Source of the DNA: Candidatus Celaenobacter antarcticus
GTDB taxonomy: Bacteria > Cloacimonadota > Cloacimonadia > JGIOTU-2
Assembly: GCA_030765865.1 (NCBI GenBank)
Contig: JAVCDK010000035.1
Coordinates: 291 to 64,290, forward strand
DNA length: 64,000 bases
Reading direction: 5' to 3'
Under the pieces are notes generated by a model. That model was not told the origin of the DNA. It saw only the letters and a program-made list of their open reading frames with translations, and made no database searches. The translations under genes were made by a program, and so were the position numbers. This document shows, one piece after another, positions 27,708 to 37,058 of this stretch. Positions within the stretch are counted from its first letter, which is position 1. Each line of letters opens with the position of its first letter.

Positions 27708-28804
27708 AAATACTTTATTTGATCTCTCATGATCCATTCGTCGAGGATGGGATTACCAAAAAAATCATTTCCCAAACAAAAAGTTGGAAAGATATTGGCC
27801 ATACCGTAAAGATATTTAATATTTACATTCAAAATGTGATACCAGATAAACCCAATATACTTGATGCAGAAATTTTTCAACGTACAAAATACTATAAAAT
27901 GCCCGATCAACTATTTGAAAATATCAAAGAATTTGATTCGGATGTGATTTATTTCAGGTACGAACCCTATAAGCCATTTTTAAATAAAATTTTCAAACGT
28001 TTCATTACGATAGTGGAATTAAATACCAAAAATATTTCAGAACAAAAATCCACAGCAAAACTCACCCTGTTTAATTATTTTAGATTCATATATAACAAAT
28101 ATACCTACAATAAAGCATTGAAATATATTGATGGAATAATTGGTGTAACAGAAGAAATTATAACATCATCCGAGATTTCTAAATTAAAAATACCGAAAAT
28201 TGGTATCCCGAATTCAATTGTCTTATCGGATTATCAGATAGTTAAGACTGCTGATGATCATAGTAAAGTGGCAAATGTTTTTTTTATGGGTTCAAAGGAA
28301 TATCTCTGGAATGGCCTTGATAAGGTTTTACAGCTTGCTGCACGAACTCTAAACAAGCTTATTTTTCATATTGTCGGCATGGATAAAGATGAAAAGGAAG
28401 TCTTGCCAAATGTGCATTATTATGGTTTCCAAAAGAAGGACGTATATATCAAAATTCTGCAGCAATGTCATGTTTGCATTGGAAGCCTTGCAATGCATAG
28501 AATTTCTTTGTATATGGGCAGTACTTTGAAAGTACTTGAATATCTTGCTTATGGATTTCCTATAATAATCGGTTATCATGAATTTGCGTTAATGGATATA
28601 GAAAATAGAGAATTTATCATGGAATTAGATAATGAGGAAGCTAATGTAATAAATAATGTTAACAAAATTGTTGATTTCTGTTATACAAATATTGATAGAG
28701 TTGTTCAGCACAATGAGGTTTATCAATTTATTGATTCGAATATTATCGAAAAGAAAAGGGTAGATTTTTTTAATAGAATCAGGAAATCAAATGTTAAAAA
28801 TTAA
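27704..28804 (+). CDS. Glycosyltransferase (GT1/GT4-like)
   Basis: C-terminal STLKVLEYLAYGFPIIIG nucleotide-sugar-binding-type motif; locus context. Confidence 0.6.
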   Translation: MKILYLISHDPFVEDGITKKIISQTKSWKDIGHTVKIFNIYIQNVIPDKPNILDAEIFQRTKYYKMPDQLFENIKEFDSDVIYFRYEPYKPFLNKIFKRFITIVELNTKNISEQKSTAKLTLFNYFRFIYNKYTYNKALKYIDGIIGVTEEIITSSEISKLKIPKIGIPNSIVLSDYQIVKTADDHSKVANVFFMGSKEYLWNGLDKVLQLAARTLNKLIFHIVGMDKDEKEVLPNVHYYGFQKKDVYIKILQQCHVCIGSLAMHRISLYMGSTLKVLEYLAYGFPIIIGYHEFALMDIENREFIMELDNEEANVINNVNKIVDFCYTNIDRVVQHNEVYQFIDSNIIEKKRVDFFNRIRKSNVKN

Positions 28805-29603
28805 CGTATTAGTATCTTCAATGAATTATTCATTTCAAAATAATAAGAAATTATTTATACCTTCTACGAATGTTTCATATATAATCATAAATCAAATTAC
28901 GTCACATTCCGATAAAGATGTTGATGAATATTTCACTAATCGGGAAGATATAGGGATTTTTAACTACCAAGAAAAAGGTTTGTCAAAAAGTCGGAACAGG
29001 GCTATATCTCAGTCAACTGGCGATATCTGTTTGATCGCTGATGATGATGTATATTATGATGAGAATATCTTTCAGATTCTCCGTGAGAAATACGAGTCTG
29101 ATAAGAATATTGAAGCCATTACTTTTCAGGATAAATATGCCCAGGAGATAGGTAAGAAAAACTATATTCATAAAGAATTTCTACATAACAAATATACTGC
29201 TCTTAAAGTGACATCATTCGAAATTTCTTTTAGGAGAAATGCTGTTGTAAATAATGAAATGTATTTCGATGAGCGTTTTGGATTAGGAGCAAAAATTCCC
29301 TTGGGTGAAGAAAATATATTTCTTGGTGATATCCTAGATAAGAAAATGAAAATTCTTCATATACCAGAGTTTTTGGTAAATCATCCTCATGAAAGTACTG
29401 GTTGCCTGTATGATAAATTAAGTGGATTTAATAAAGGAGTGGTTTTCGCTCGGATTTTCCCAAGCTTAACTGCATATTTCATCTGTATAATTTTTGCTCT
29501 AAGAAAGAGAAATAAATTAAATTCTAAGATTTCTTTTCAAGGTTATATTAAAGCCCTGATATCTGGGGCTTATTTCTATTTCAAGAACATGAAACAATGC
29601 TAA
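28791..29603 (+). CDS. GT-A fold glycosyltransferase (family 2-like)
   Basis: GLSKSRNRAISQSTGDICLIADDDVYY (DxD region). Confidence 0.55.
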   Translation: MLKINVLVSSMNYSFQNNKKLFIPSTNVSYIIINQITSHSDKDVDEYFTNREDIGIFNYQEKGLSKSRNRAISQSTGDICLIADDDVYYDENIFQILREKYESDKNIEAITFQDKYAQEIGKKNYIHKEFLHNKYTALKVTSFEISFRRNAVVNNEMYFDERFGLGAKIPLGEENIFLGDILDKKMKILHIPEFLVNHPHESTGCLYDKLSGFNKGVVFARIFPSLTAYFICIIFALRKRNKLNSKISFQGYIKALISGAYFYFKNMKQC

Positions 29604-30733
29604 TAATTTTTTTTCTTGGAGTTTTTTTTATAGCATACCACTTAGTGATTTATCCAATCCTCATTTATGTATTAGGTAGCCATAATTGGTTCAAAGCAGT
29701 TAAAAAGAGTAAATATTTCCCAAGCATTTGCATCATTTGTGCAGCTTATAATGAAGAACAACATATTGAACGAAAGATTCAATCCTTTATCTCCTTGAAT
29801 TATCCAAAAGATAAAATTAAACTTATAATAATTTCAGACTGTTCAACCGACGGCACTAATGAAATTGTTGGGAAATATAGCAAAGAATATAAAAACATTC
29901 GTCTTAAAATTCAGAGCACTCGCCAAGGTAAACCAGCTGCACAAAATCTTGTTGAACCGGAAATAGATAGTGAGATAGTAATTCTAAGTGATGCTGCTTC
30001 TATGTTAGAAAAGAATTCAATTATTCGTCTAATCAATTACTTCAAAAATGATGACATAGGTTTAGTATCAGCAAAACTAGAATATAGAGATGAATCCGGT
30101 CAATCTGTTGAGAGCTTGTATTGGAAGTTTGAGACTTTTCTCCGTATGCAGGAATCAAAGTTTTTCTCTATAATCGGAGCAAGCGGAGCTTTATTCGCAT
30201 TACGAAGAGAGTATTTTACACAAATTGATTCTTCTTCACCTGATGATTTTGAACGGGTTTTAATTGTATTAGAAAAGAAAAGACGTGCTATATATGTCGC
30301 AGATGCTGTCGTTTATGATTACCTTGTCAGCAAATCTTCGCAGGAGATAACACGAAAGATAAGAATGATATCCCGCGAATGGTTTGTGCTAATGCGTCAT
30401 TTAAAATTAATAAATCCATTTAAATACCTACGAGCTTCTTTTATTTTATTCTCTCATAAGATCATTAGGTGGGTATTACCGATATTTTCATTAATGATTT
30501 TAGTGAGTTCGATTGTTTTATCATTCGAACATCCAATGTTTATAGTAATTACATCATTCCAGCTATTGATCTATCTTATGGGAAATATTGGCTTGCTTCT
30601 TGAGAAAAAATTTCATCTACCCATTTTTCTAAGAATTCCAACTTATTATTTAGGAATGAACTACGCATCTCTGATTGGATTATTGAAATTCTTGTTGAAC
30701 AAAAAAGAAACGACTTGGGATACAATTCGTTAG
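29597..30733 (+). CDS. Family 2 glycosyltransferase with flanking TM segments
   Basis: ICAAYNEEQHIERKI, ISDCSTDGT, and C-terminal TM helices. Confidence 0.75.
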   Translation: MLIIFFLGVFFIAYHLVIYPILIYVLGSHNWFKAVKKSKYFPSICIICAAYNEEQHIERKIQSFISLNYPKDKIKLIIISDCSTDGTNEIVGKYSKEYKNIRLKIQSTRQGKPAAQNLVEPEIDSEIVILSDAASMLEKNSIIRLINYFKNDDIGLVSAKLEYRDESGQSVESLYWKFETFLRMQESKFFSIIGASGALFALRREYFTQIDSSSPDDFERVLIVLEKKRRAIYVADAVVYDYLVSKSSQEITRKIRMISREWFVLMRHLKLINPFKYLRASFILFSHKIIRWVLPIFSLMILVSSIVLSFEHPMFIVITSFQLLIYLMGNIGLLLEKKFHLPIFLRIPTYYLGMNYASLIGLLKFLLNKKETTWDTIR

Positions 30734-30740
30734 GAGAAAT

Positions 30741-31712
30741 ATGAACATTTTTATTACCGGCTCAAATGGATTCGTTGGTTCACAATTAATGTGGCATCTA
30801 GAAGAGTTGGGACACAAGGTCTTTGGAATTGATAAAAGGGATGAGTGTTTAATTGAAAAACATCCCCACACAAGAAAAGGTGATATACGAGAAATCGATG
30901 ATTTGCGTTTCTTTAACGATGTTGAAATAGATTTGATAATCCATTGCGCAGCAGATAAACACGATTGGGGAATTTCCAAAGAAAGTTATTACAGTAATAA
31001 TGAGTATGGCACAAAAATACTAATGGACTATGCAAGTGAAAGAAATATTAAGAAAGTGATATATTATAGCACAGTTTCTGTGTATGGTCATGCATCTGTT
31101 CCATGTGATGAAAATGGCGAGATTCATCCTGATAATGAATATGGGGCAAGTAAATTAGCTGGTGAAAAAGTAATTGAACTTTGGTTGAACGAAAATGAGA
31201 CAAGAGAAGCAGTTTTCCTACGTCCGACTATCATATACGGTCCGCATAATTATGCAAATATGTACAATCTCATTGATCGGTTGCATAAAAAATCCATTTT
31301 CATGGTTGGGGATGGAAATCATATCAAATCCATAGTATCACTGGCAAATCTGGTTGACATGACCATTTTTGTAATTCCTCATATGAAGAGAGGACTGCAA
31401 GCATTCAACTGTATTGATAAGCCCTATATCTCACTTCATAAATTAATGGAAATCATTGCAGAGAACAAGGGCTTTAGTATGCCGCTAATCAACATACCCT
31501 TGAAGTTTGCTTTGCTTGGTGGAAAGTTCTTTGATTTGGTTGGAAAGATCATAAAAAAGGATATCCCAATTAATAGTGATCGTCTTTCAAAGCTTGCGAC
31601 TTCTACAGAATATCATTCGGAAAAAATCAGGGAATTGGGCTATGTTCAGAATCATTCGATCGAGCAGGAAATAAAGAAGACCTGTGATTGGTATTTGGAA
31701 ATAATAAAATGA
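30741..31712 (+). CDS. NAD-dependent NDP-sugar epimerase/dehydratase (SDR)
   Basis: ITGSNGFVGSQL Rossmann motif and YGASK catalytic motif. Confidence 0.8.
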   Translation: MNIFITGSNGFVGSQLMWHLEELGHKVFGIDKRDECLIEKHPHTRKGDIREIDDLRFFNDVEIDLIIHCAADKHDWGISKESYYSNNEYGTKILMDYASERNIKKVIYYSTVSVYGHASVPCDENGEIHPDNEYGASKLAGEKVIELWLNENETREAVFLRPTIIYGPHNYANMYNLIDRLHKKSIFMVGDGNHIKSIVSLANLVDMTIFVIPHMKRGLQAFNCIDKPYISLHKLMEIIAENKGFSMPLINIPLKFALLGGKFFDLVGKIIKKDIPINSDRLSKLATSTEYHSEKIRELGYVQNHSIEQEIKKTCDWYLEIIK

Positions 31713-32785
31713 AAATCGTTTCAATAATTGGTGCAAGACCTCAATTTATTAAAGCTTCGCCAGTAAGTATGGAAATAAGGAAAAATGGTTTGGATGAAAT
31801 TATCGTTCATACAGGACAACATTTTGATGCGAATATGAGCAATATCTTTTTCGATCAGATGAAAATTCCTGAACCGGATTATAATTTAGGCATTAATAGT
31901 CTCAGTCATGGTGCGATGACAGGAAGGATGCTTGAAGAAATAGAAAAAGTGCTGATTGTTGAGAAGCCCGATTGGGTGATAGTATATGGTGATACAAATT
32001 CAACATTAGCTGGTTCTCTAGCAGCAAAAAAGATGCACTTGAAAGTTGCTCATATCGAAGCTGGGTTGAGATCATTTAATATGAATATGCCGGAAGAGAT
32101 TAATCGAATTTTAACTGATCGAGTGAGTGATATTTTATTTTGTCCCACACAAACATCTGTTGACAATCTTCTCCTCGAAAGATATGACAAGTTTGGCAGC
32201 AAGATTGTTAACTGCGGAGATGTTATGTTAGACGCTGCGTTAATGTATAAAGATATGGATAAAAAACCGGCAGATGATATTCCTAACAAGTTTATTTTAA
32301 CCACAATTCATCGAGAAGAAAATACTGTTGATAAGAAACGCTTAAGAGCAATTTATGATGCCCTATCTGTAATCTCAGAAGAAACACCCATTATCATCCC
32401 GACACATCCGAGAACAAGAATTATGCTTTCTGAACTGAATTCATCATCCCAAAATGATAGAATAAAGTTGATCTCGCCTGTTGGGTATCTCGAGATGCTC
32501 TATTTAATTCAAAAATGCTCCCTTATCATTACTGATAGTGGAGGACTTCAAAAAGAATCCTATTTCTTTGAGAAACCTTGTGTGACGATTCGTGATGAAA
32601 CCGAATGGACAGAATTAGTTAGAATTGGATCTAATATTGTCGCAGGAACTGATGTTGATAATATCTTAAATGCTTACGGTCAGATGAAAGATCGGAAGAT
32701 TAATTTCTCATATAAATTATTTGGCTTGGGAAATGCTGCCCAGATAATTGTTAATGAAATATTAGTAGAAAAAAGAATACTCTGA
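31709..32785 (+). CDS. wecB: UDP-N-acetylglucosamine 2-epimerase (non-hydrolysing)
   Basis: GARPQFIK, VHTGQHFD, VYGDTNSTLAG, EAGLRSFN and DSGGLQKE. The start is taken at ATG 31709 (ATGA overlap). Confidence 0.9.
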   Translation: MKIVSIIGARPQFIKASPVSMEIRKNGLDEIIVHTGQHFDANMSNIFFDQMKIPEPDYNLGINSLSHGAMTGRMLEEIEKVLIVEKPDWVIVYGDTNSTLAGSLAAKKMHLKVAHIEAGLRSFNMNMPEEINRILTDRVSDILFCPTQTSVDNLLLERYDKFGSKIVNCGDVMLDAALMYKDMDKKPADDIPNKFILTTIHREENTVDKKRLRAIYDALSVISEETPIIIPTHPRTRIMLSELNSSSQNDRIKLISPVGYLEMLYLIQKCSLIITDSGGLQKESYFFEKPCVTIRDETEWTELVRIGSNIVAGTDVDNILNAYGQMKDRKINFSYKLFGLGNAAQIIVNEILVEKRIL

Positions 32786-33014
32786 AAAAAATATCTTTCC
32801 TCAAACGTTCTTAATTCGACAGCTTCACTTGTAAAGCCAGATCTATTTATAACGAAGGATTCCGATTTTGCGTACAAAGAATATTGATTCACTTCAAGAT
32901 TTTGATAATGACTCTAGTGGATTATTAAAACATTGACAGATATGCAGTATGATAGGATAAAAAAATATGTTTGCAAGTTTGGGCATATCTAGGAGAAAAA
33001 CCAAGGAGAAAAAA

Positions 33015-35681
33015 ATGAAAAAATTACTACTCATTTTACTATCAATTTCAATCCTTATCATAATATCATGTGAAAACCCAACACCACCAGATGATGACCA
33101 AGAAGAAATTGTCTTATCAGAAGAAACAGTACTAATTGATGAGACAAATCTTTCAGAACCAGATATTGACAGCACAGGAACTTATTATTCTTACACCTTT
33201 ACCGGTGTTCCACCTGATATTAATGTTGATGATGTGATAATAGGCGAAACAGACTATGGGTATTTAAGAAAAGTTGCTAATGTTGAAGTTCAGGGAAATG
33301 AATTAATTTTACAAACAGAACAAGCGTGTCTTACTGATGCCATTGAAAAATGCTCAATTAAAGATTCTATACAACTGACTATCGGAAAAAATAAATTGAA
33401 CGGAATGTATTGCACATACTTGGCAAAGGGAGTATCGGTTGAGAAAGATGGTATAGTATTAGATAACACAACATTATATTCAGGAAATGTTGGAGACGTT
33501 ACGATCACAGCAACCATCCCTGATGGTTATGTGTCCTTTGAACCGATTCTCAATACAGAGCTCGATATAAATTTTGTGCCACCAAGAATAAATCACCTGC
33601 TTTTATCAGCAGGAGGTATCTTGGAGTATGATTGTGATTTAAAGATCACAGCATCCTCATCGTTAGATTATTCGAAAGAAGTCTTGCTATGCACATTTAT
33701 CTCTCCACCCTTTCTAATCGGTCCTATTCCGTGTTTTTTTGAATTGTCATTCGTTGCCGGATTTGAAACGGAATTGGACGTCGAGGGCACGATAAAAAGT
33801 GGATTTGATTCTGAAGCATCCATGGAAATTGGTGCGGAATATAATTATGGTGTTGGGTGGGATGAAATATGGAACAAATCTTTTGAGTTCAATAATCATC
33901 CAATACAATGGGGAATAACCGGAGATGTGTATGCAAGGGGTTATATTACACCTCAAATCACTTTGAAGGTGGCTGGTGTAATGGGTCCTTACTTAGAAGC
34001 GGAACCGTACCTGAAATTTGATGGCAATGTAACGATACCAACAAGCTGGGAATGGGAATTACTCGGGGGTGTTGATGCCAATCTTGGTTTTGAGGTTGAA
34101 ATACTGAGCTTTTCGTTAGCAGATTTCAATACTACTCTTGCAAGCTGGGAAACGACAATAGCAAGCGATAACGGTTTATTGTATTATATCACCGTCACTT
34201 CACCCGATGCAGGTGACACGTGGCAGATGGGGACATCACAGACGATAAAGTGGGATGACAACTTCAGTAATAATGTAAAGATAGATCTTTATAGATCTGG
34301 AGAATGGAAGAGTACGATAAAAAATACCACAGAGAGCGACGGCAGTTATATATGGAACATACCCACAGATCTTCCAGAATCCTCATTGTATCAGATCAAG
34401 ATACGGAGTGTCTCGAATGATAATTTGTTTGATTACAGTGATAATTTCACGATACAAGAAGCACCCCCCAGCTATTACGTTACCGTCACTGCCCCAAGTG
34501 CAGGTGATACATGGCAGATGGGCACGACTCAAACGATAACATGGGATGACAACTTCAGTAATGATGTAAAGATAGACCTTTATAAATCTGGAGGATGGGT
34601 GAGAACAATTAAATCGTCTACTCCAAGTAATGGAAGCTATACTTGGGAAGTACCGTATATTGCAAACTCTTCAGAATACAAAATTAGAATAAAAAGTGTT
34701 GCAAATGATAATATCTACGATTGGAGCGACTATTTTACTTTGGATGCACCAGATCATTATATTACTATTACCTCACCAAGCGCTGGAGAAACTTGGTATA
34801 TGGGCACTGCTTGTAATATCACTTGGGATGCTAATATTGGTGGCAATGTAAAGATAGATCTCTATAAATCCGATACATGGGTGAGAATGATTGAAAATTC
34901 AACCCCTAGCACTGGTTCATATACATGGGATATACCCACACAAATTGATGCTTCTTCTGAATATCAGGTACGAATAAAAAGTGTATCTAATGATAATGTA
35001 TATGATTGGAGTGATTATTTTACCATTGAAGAAGGAGGGGGAACTGGCACCGTAACAGACATAGATGGCAATGTGTACCAAACAATAATATTTGGTGACC
35101 AGGAATGGATGGCAGAAAACCTGAAAGTTACCCGTTATCGAAATGGTGATCCAATTCCCAATGTTACAAATAATAGCACTTGGGCTGGGCTTTCCACAGA
35201 CGCGTATTGCTATTATAACAATAATACTGCTAATGGAAATACTTATGGAGCACTTTACAACTGGTATGCGGTTGATGACACAAGAGGACTTGCACCGGTA
35301 GGATGGCATGTGCCTACTGATGATGAAATTAAGGAGTTAGAGATGTATCTCGGCATGAGTCAATCGCAAGCAAATTCAACTGGATGGCGCGGGACTAATG
35401 AAGGCAGCAAACTGGCTGGAGGATACGATTTATGGAACAGTGGTGTTTTGAGAAACGACCCTGAATTTGACACCAGTGGCTTTAGCTTCATTCCTGGTTG
35501 TTACCGCTACTACTACGATGGAGCCTTCGGCAATGTGGGCAACTACGGTAACTTATGGTCATCTGCAGAGGACGGTAGTTACGGCGCCTGGTACCGGTAC
35601 TTGTACTATGGTAGCGCTTCCATGTACCGGTACTACGGCAGTAAGCGAAACGGGTTTTCAGTTCGTTGTATTAGGGATTAA
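33015..35681 (+). CDS. Large lipoprotein: unknown N-terminal beta-rich region, three tandem Kre9/KNH-like (Ser/Thr-rich GPI-anchor-like) repeats, and a C-terminal Fib_succ_major-like (C-type-lectin-fold) domain
   Basis: AAGGAG SD before ATG 33015. Lipobox LIIISC. Repeats of the form YYITVTSP.AGDTWQMGT.QTI.WDDNF..NVKIDLY. The C-terminus has DIDGNVYQTIIFGDQEWMAENL...GFSVRCIRD. Confidence 0.8.
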   Translation: MKKLLLILLSISILIIISCENPTPPDDDQEEIVLSEETVLIDETNLSEPDIDSTGTYYSYTFTGVPPDINVDDVIIGETDYGYLRKVANVEVQGNELILQTEQACLTDAIEKCSIKDSIQLTIGKNKLNGMYCTYLAKGVSVEKDGIVLDNTTLYSGNVGDVTITATIPDGYVSFEPILNTELDINFVPPRINHLLLSAGGILEYDCDLKITASSSLDYSKEVLLCTFISPPFLIGPIPCFFELSFVAGFETELDVEGTIKSGFDSEASMEIGAEYNYGVGWDEIWNKSFEFNNHPIQWGITGDVYARGYITPQITLKVAGVMGPYLEAEPYLKFDGNVTIPTSWEWELLGGVDANLGFEVEILSFSLADFNTTLASWETTIASDNGLLYYITVTSPDAGDTWQMGTSQTIKWDDNFSNNVKIDLYRSGEWKSTIKNTTESDGSYIWNIPTDLPESSLYQIKIRSVSNDNLFDYSDNFTIQEAPPSYYVTVTAPSAGDTWQMGTTQTITWDDNFSNDVKIDLYKSGGWVRTIKSSTPSNGSYTWEVPYIANSSEYKIRIKSVANDNIYDWSDYFTLDAPDHYITITSPSAGETWYMGTACNITWDANIGGNVKIDLYKSDTWVRMIENSTPSTGSYTWDIPTQIDASSEYQVRIKSVSNDNVYDWSDYFTIEEGGGTGTVTDIDGNVYQTIIFGDQEWMAENLKVTRYRNGDPIPNVTNNSTWAGLSTDAYCYYNNNTANGNTYGALYNWYAVDDTRGLAPVGWHVPTDDEIKELEMYLGMSQSQANSTGWRGTNEGSKLAGGYDLWNSGVLRNDPEFDTSGFSFIPGCYRYYYDGAFGNVGNYGNLWSSAEDGSYGAWYRYLYYGSASMYRYYGSKRNGFSVRCIRD
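34182..35033 (+). repeat. Three in-frame tandem coding repeats (291, 282 and about 279 nt)
   Basis: Repeat starts at 34182 (YYITVT), 34473 (YYVTVT) and 34755 (HYITIT), with long identical nucleotide runs such as gatgacaacttcagtaat..atgtaaagataga. Confidence 0.85.
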
Positions 35682-35693
35682 AATTGTTGACTA

Positions 35694-35795
35694 TTTGTCT
35701 ATCCGCCGGTGGGCGGACGGGCAAAGCCCGTTTGTCTATTTATCCCGCTGAAATCGGGGTCGGAAATTTTGCGAATGGTCGGTAAATCTTCGCAA
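35694..35795 (+). other. GC-rich structured spacer: four hairpins and short direct repeats downstream of the lectin-like gene
   Basis: Hairpins: ccgcc-ggtg-ggcgg (35703-35716), acgggc-aaa-gcccgt (35717-35731), cccg-ctgaaat-cggg (35744-35758) and ttgcgaa-N13-ttcgcaa (35769-35795). tttgtctat occurs at 35694 and 35731. Confidence 0.4.
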
Positions 35796-35857
35796 GGATC
35801 GGTTACCCTACGCCCAGATAAAACTTTGTGGTACGCTCCACTCCTCAAGAATATTCA

Positions 35858-36946
35858 TTATTGTTTATGATATAATAAACTATCTGTAAATTTATTATTT
35901 TTTACAGTCAAGTTACCCTGTTGATTCATTTGGATCACGGCTTTTGAGACGTTGTCCTGAGCAAAAATATTCTTATAAATACAGCACTCCACCTGTGGAA
36001 TGCCCCTAATCATAACTGCATAAACATGATCAGCCCCAAAAGTATTATTATATATCAGAATGATATCGCCAGCAATATCACTATTATCACCTCTGTCAGT
36101 CCCTCCATGCATATCAAAGCTATGTCCATTTGCATTTTCTAGAACAAGGTTGTTGTAGGCTTCATAGCTCGTTCCTTTTTTTCCTAAACCTGAAATGCAA
36201 TGTCTGTTCCAATCAAAAAGATTGCTTTCAATTATCGCATCACCTACATCAATTTCGATGCCATAACCCAAACCGGAGCGCTGATTATGATTAAAATAAT
36301 TGTTGTGAACATATCCCAGGTTCCCTCCATTTTTGAAGTATATTGCTGATCTCGACCAGTTAAATAGCTCACAATTATCAACTTCCAGGCTGTCGTTATT
36401 GGTGTAAATTCCCACTGAATAAGGAATTGTGTCGTATCTTTTCCCTTGGCTTCGTATTACGAACATTTCGAGGGTTCTCATTAATGGATCGGGTCCCATA
36501 ATTCTTAATCCGGTAATCCTCACATTGTTACCAGCATATAGCATAGGAGATGTGCTAATATCAGTACAATATAATAATGCACCCGGCGAGTTTTTGTAAC
36601 CTCTATTACTTGCTATGGTAATCCCATCTGGAATTGCAATTTTTATATTATCAGTCAAATCTATTTCAGCCTTTTGGTTAATGAAAATTGTGTCTCCATA
36701 TTCTGCATTCTTAATAGCTTCTAAAAAATCTAGAGTATTTTCTACTATAAATGTTCCTGTTCTCACAATCCTACTATATCCTTTTCCACCCCCAATAGGA
36801 TGACCCTGAATATTTTTATTACATCCATATTCTGGGAGTTTGTCACTTATATCTATGAATTCTGGATGTTTGAGCAATGAATTTGCTTCGATGGAAGTCG
36901 CAAAAAGAATGATAATTACAAATATAACTTTTAGATTATTTTTCAT
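35858..36946 (-). CDS. Secreted right-handed parallel beta-helix repeat protein (pectate-lyase-fold)
   Basis: Signal peptide and repetitive beta-helix-type segments (NNYFNHNQRSGLGYGIEID, NNLVLENANGHSFDMHGG). Confidence 0.65.
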   Translation of the reverse strand: MKNNLKVIFVIIILFATSIEANSLLKHPEFIDISDKLPEYGCNKNIQGHPIGGGKGYSRIVRTGTFIVENTLDFLEAIKNAEYGDTIFINQKAEIDLTDNIKIAIPDGITIASNRGYKNSPGALLYCTDISTSPMLYAGNNVRITGLRIMGPDPLMRTLEMFVIRSQGKRYDTIPYSVGIYTNNDSLEVDNCELFNWSRSAIYFKNGGNLGYVHNNYFNHNQRSGLGYGIEIDVGDAIIESNLFDWNRHCISGLGKKGTSYEAYNNLVLENANGHSFDMHGGTDRGDNSDIAGDIILIYNNTFGADHVYAVMIRGIPQVECCIYKNIFAQDNVSKAVIQMNQQGNLTVKNNKFTDSLLYHKQ

Positions 36947-37058
36947 ATTCGTAGATTGAAAAGCAATTTTGATTTGTCAAGAATAGCTGTTAACTTAAAA
37001 AACTTGCCTAAAAAAGCAGCACATTGTGTTTGAAGTACTATTAATAATGGAGTACAAG

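Noticed and set aside
32967-33014. Upstream extension of the large lipoprotein ORF (start at 32967).
   Set aside because: The AAGGAG SD and a canonical lipoprotein signal peptide begin at ATG 33015. The upstream 16 codons lack any signal function.
35690-35830. GC-rich structured spacer as tmRNA (smpB is 3.3 kb away), tRNA or another standard RNA gene.
   Set aside because: There is no acceptor-stem/T-arm pattern (no GGTTCGAATCC-like T-loop), no CCA-adjacent 3' end, no tag reading frame, and the length is too short for tmRNA. I could not match it to RNase P, SRP or 6S features either.
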